From assembly GCF_006345805.1 (NCBI RefSeq), contig NC_043008.1:35216001-35280000 (forward strand): a stretch of 64,000 bases of DNA, read 5' to 3'. The notes under the pieces were generated by a model, which made no database searches, was not told where the DNA came from, and saw only the letters and a list, made by a program, of their open reading frames with translations. The stretch comes from Octopus sinensis. Its lineage: Eukaryota. Position 1 is the first letter of the stretch, and each line of letters opens with the position of its first letter. A program made the position numbers and the translations under genes. Of this stretch, positions 61,217 to 64,000 are shown one piece after another.

Positions 61217-62966
61217 GGTATGTATATATATATATATATTTAAGTATGTATGTGTGTGTATATGTTTGTGTCTGTGTTTGTCCCCCCCCCCCCCAACATC
61301 GTTTGACAACCGATGCTGGTGTGTTTACGTTCCCATAACTTACCGGTTCAGCAAAAAGAGAGCGATAGAATAAGTACTAGGCTTACAAAGAATAAGTCGA
61401 TTTGTTGGACTAAAAGCAGTGCTCTTGCATGACCGCAGTCAAATGACTGAAACATGTAAAAAAATAAAAGTCATTAATCATTTCGCTCCAAAATCGTAAT
61501 TATTTTCCTGGGATACCTCTCGCCATTTTCCGCAGTTTTTTTTCAATGTAGGCCTTCCTATTTTCTTCCATGTATCCTCGTTAATTATTGTGATGTCCCT
61601 ACCTGTGTCCAACTGTAGTCTAGTATTCACATTATTTATTTTTATAGAGACAAATTTTCTTTTATTGTACCTCGCTTTGCATTTGTGTTGACAATACTTT
61701 TTTTCTCGAATATTTTTCGTTCGACCTTTTTTGTTTCACCCAACAATGTGAATTCTTGTTCCCAATTTTTCCACATCCAAAACATTTTAGATTCTTAAAA
61801 GGACAGTTTCTTTTGAAATGTATTTCTCTCTACCCATAACATGGTTTCAGTCTTGACTGTTGTTTTTCTTTTTACGTGTCTGTTACTGGTCGACACGTAT
61901 GTATATTTGAATAATCTTTTTCAATTTTTTCTGCGTCCTATCGTAGATACATGATTCTTTGGCATTCTTCAGCCACTATTTGTAGAGTTGGTTTGAATCT
62001 TGCTCAAGTTTTGTCAATATTCGAGCCCTTATCTCTGCATCTTTACTTGCCGTTAATCCTTGTATGAAGATTAAACATTTAAACATGTCCGGGCTTAATT
62101 CGTGTTTAAATTTTTCACATTCCCTATTTACGATTCCGGCATCCGTGACGATATCTTCCGCTTCTTTTATTTTTCAAATTCAAACACTCCCAGCGAATAT
62201 TGAATAGTGAACTTCTTTCACTGAATATTTTAGATAATAGCTTAATTGGTTCCTCGAAATAAATTTTGTATGGTTTTCTCAGCAAGATGTAATTACAAAA
62301 CTTTTCATGTTCTGCAGGTGATAATTTACTTAAAAGAAGACGTACCTTCTTTTCGACAGTCCAACTTTTACACTCTTCCTTGAAGATTCCGTCATACCTT
62401 CTGAAGTATGCAGAAAACGTAACCCTTTCTTTCGGATTATACGTAAATTCTTCAACTGAATTAGCAGCTGCGTCTACCGAAAACGAACCTGAAGGGATTT
62501 TTTACTGCAGCAACAATTCCAACAACTGTTGATTTTCTTATTGTAGTTGCTATTGTTGTTGCTGTTGTTGTAGTTGTACCTGATCTTGCTGTTTCTGTTG
62601 TTCTTGTTGTTGCTATTGTAGTTACCGTTGCAACTGGTGCTGCTACTGCTCTTGCTGTTGTTGTAGTTGCTGTTGCAACTGAACAACGGAAGCTAATAGT
62701 TCTTCCATACTAAGAACGTCCACCGTGAGCTTCGAATGTATCGTCGCTACTGTTCTGTCTCGTCGACACTGTTATGTTCTTTATGGACTTATAACAAGGT
62801 TATAACAATACATATATAAATCAGAAATAACACGTAACAAACAATATCTCTTCCTTTTGACTTCTACGACTGTCTTCGCGAAGCGCTTGCGCTTATCCCA
62901 CTGTTCCTCACTGACAGTGCGCACGCGCCTTCGTACAGTTTAGGACAGTTGACTGGCCATCCTACA
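60266..62966 (-). mobile_element. Ty3/Gypsy LTR retrotransposon, 5' half (LTR, PBS, gag, protease, partial RT), decayed
   Basis: LTR 62966-62770 (TGT..ACA), then PBS-like gTGTCGACGAG. gag MEELLASVVQLQQQ..EEFTYNP..TFSAYFRRYDGIF from 62708; CFGCGKIG knuckle near 61770; protease LQLDTGRDITII; LFGTDW; RT SEWAAPTVYVKK..FSKLDLSEAYL..LPFGIK..FAIAYLD. Confidence 0.92.
61000..61467 (+). mobile_element. SINE family A, full length, inserted in the Gypsy protease region
   Basis: Head gtggctgtgtggtaagtagcttgc..gagttcagtaccactgcgtggcaccttgg, internal (TA)/(TG)n, tail gaccgcagtcaaatgactgaaac. Confidence 0.9.
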
Positions 62967-63497
62967 GGTGTGTCAGGATTTCGACACAGCACAAGGATAA
63001 AAAGCTTATAGATTAATAATTATTGTAAATATAAGAAGAAATAGAAACAAGTGAATACCCACGTACACACACTGCTAAAGGCTCTCAATGTATTAGGTGC
63101 CGGTGCAACATGTGACACCTTGGTTGGCTTTAGCGGAGTGCACTCCATTACAAGCATTTGATAAAATTCTCTACTTTGAGGATAATTTCTTCCCTTCTTC
63201 ACCCCTTCTCACCAGTCTCTGATGCCCTGAAAAATTTCATCTGGCGCTGCCATTACCAGCCGACTGGAAGATCATATATGCGCATGTGTACGTGTGTATA
63301 TGTATATAAATATGTTGTATCTTTTCTTTGAAATCAGGTTATGTTTTTTCTAGAGAAAGTTCAAGCCGTTGGCTAACAAAGCAAGACTTCTTGAGTTAAG
63401 AGAGTTCTCGATGTTTGTAAATTTGTGGCCGAGTTTGTTTGTTTGTTGAACTGTCGATGCCTACACTCGTGTGTGTGCATCTTTTCACATAAGAATC

Positions 63498-63680
63498 TCA
63501 CATGGAAAATTTTTGGAATGTATTACAAATTATCACTGTGACACCAATAGACTGAATTTGGAGAATCCGCGTGAGTTTCTTTTGCATTTTCTCCGCGAAA
63601 CCGAATATTTCTAGGATGTTGTGCAAATTGGTAGTTACATAACCTAATACCCGTATGATGATAAGTACAAATGAGAATAC
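63498..63680 (-). mobile_element. C-terminus of an R2/R4-type LINE
   Basis: FVLIIIRVLGYVTTNL..ILQIQSIGVTVIICNTFQKFSM* parallels the PII.GALG...LQK..L.GT..I terminus of the other copies. Confidence 0.5.
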
Positions 63681-64000
63681 ATAGTCAGGGTACAAAAGCT
63701 GTAAGTTCCGCATTAATTCGCCATAAATGTATGTATGTATGTATGCATGTATGTATGTATTTATGTATGTATGTATGCATGTATGTATGCATGTATTCAT
63801 GTATGTGTATATATGTATGTATGTACGTACGTATGTATATATATATGTATGCGTGTATGTATGTGTGCATATGTGTGTTGTTGTTTGTGTATACGAAACG
63901 TTTCTTTCAGTTTCCATAAACCATCTGTTTTCTCTCCTCACTCATATCTGTAGAAGAACGTAGGCTCGAAACGTCAAAGATGTCTTCCATTTTTCCCGGG

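Overview
Eukaryotic, very AT-rich and repeat-saturated DNA. The SINE families, microsatellite load and transposon mix point to a coleoid cephalopod, most likely Octopus; this is inference from sequence character, not a database match. No intact gene, rRNA, true tRNA or CRISPR array is supported, and almost all listed ORFs are translated microsatellites or transposon remnants. The window contains: R4/Dong-clade LINE fragments chained in (AAT)n tracts (about 4.7-8.3 kb and 30.1-32.6 kb); two RTE fragments; a young L1/Tx1 3' fragment inside a (GATA)n tract; Penelope-like RT and GIY-YIG fragments plus several hammerhead-like motifs; mariner, Tc1-like and Tigger-like remnants; a Helitron-type element carrying a LINE ORF1-like piece; a Gypsy 5' half (LTR, PBS, gag, protease, partial RT); three tRNA-derived SINE families; a hairpin-rich 486-bp tandem repeat; a 300-bp AT-rich palindrome; a 3-kb (TA)-rich satellite; and a 100-N gap. 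One candidate host exon (49841-50025) and one ETS-motif cluster (48354-48425) are the only hints of host function. I found no clear new protein-coding system. The most unusual signals are RNA-level or mechanistic: 184-bp SINE concatemers with an invariant self-complementary junction, hammerhead-like motifs, microsatellite-targeted LINEs and an apparent conversion tract between inverted mariner copies. Element boundaries are approximate unless a junction is quoted.
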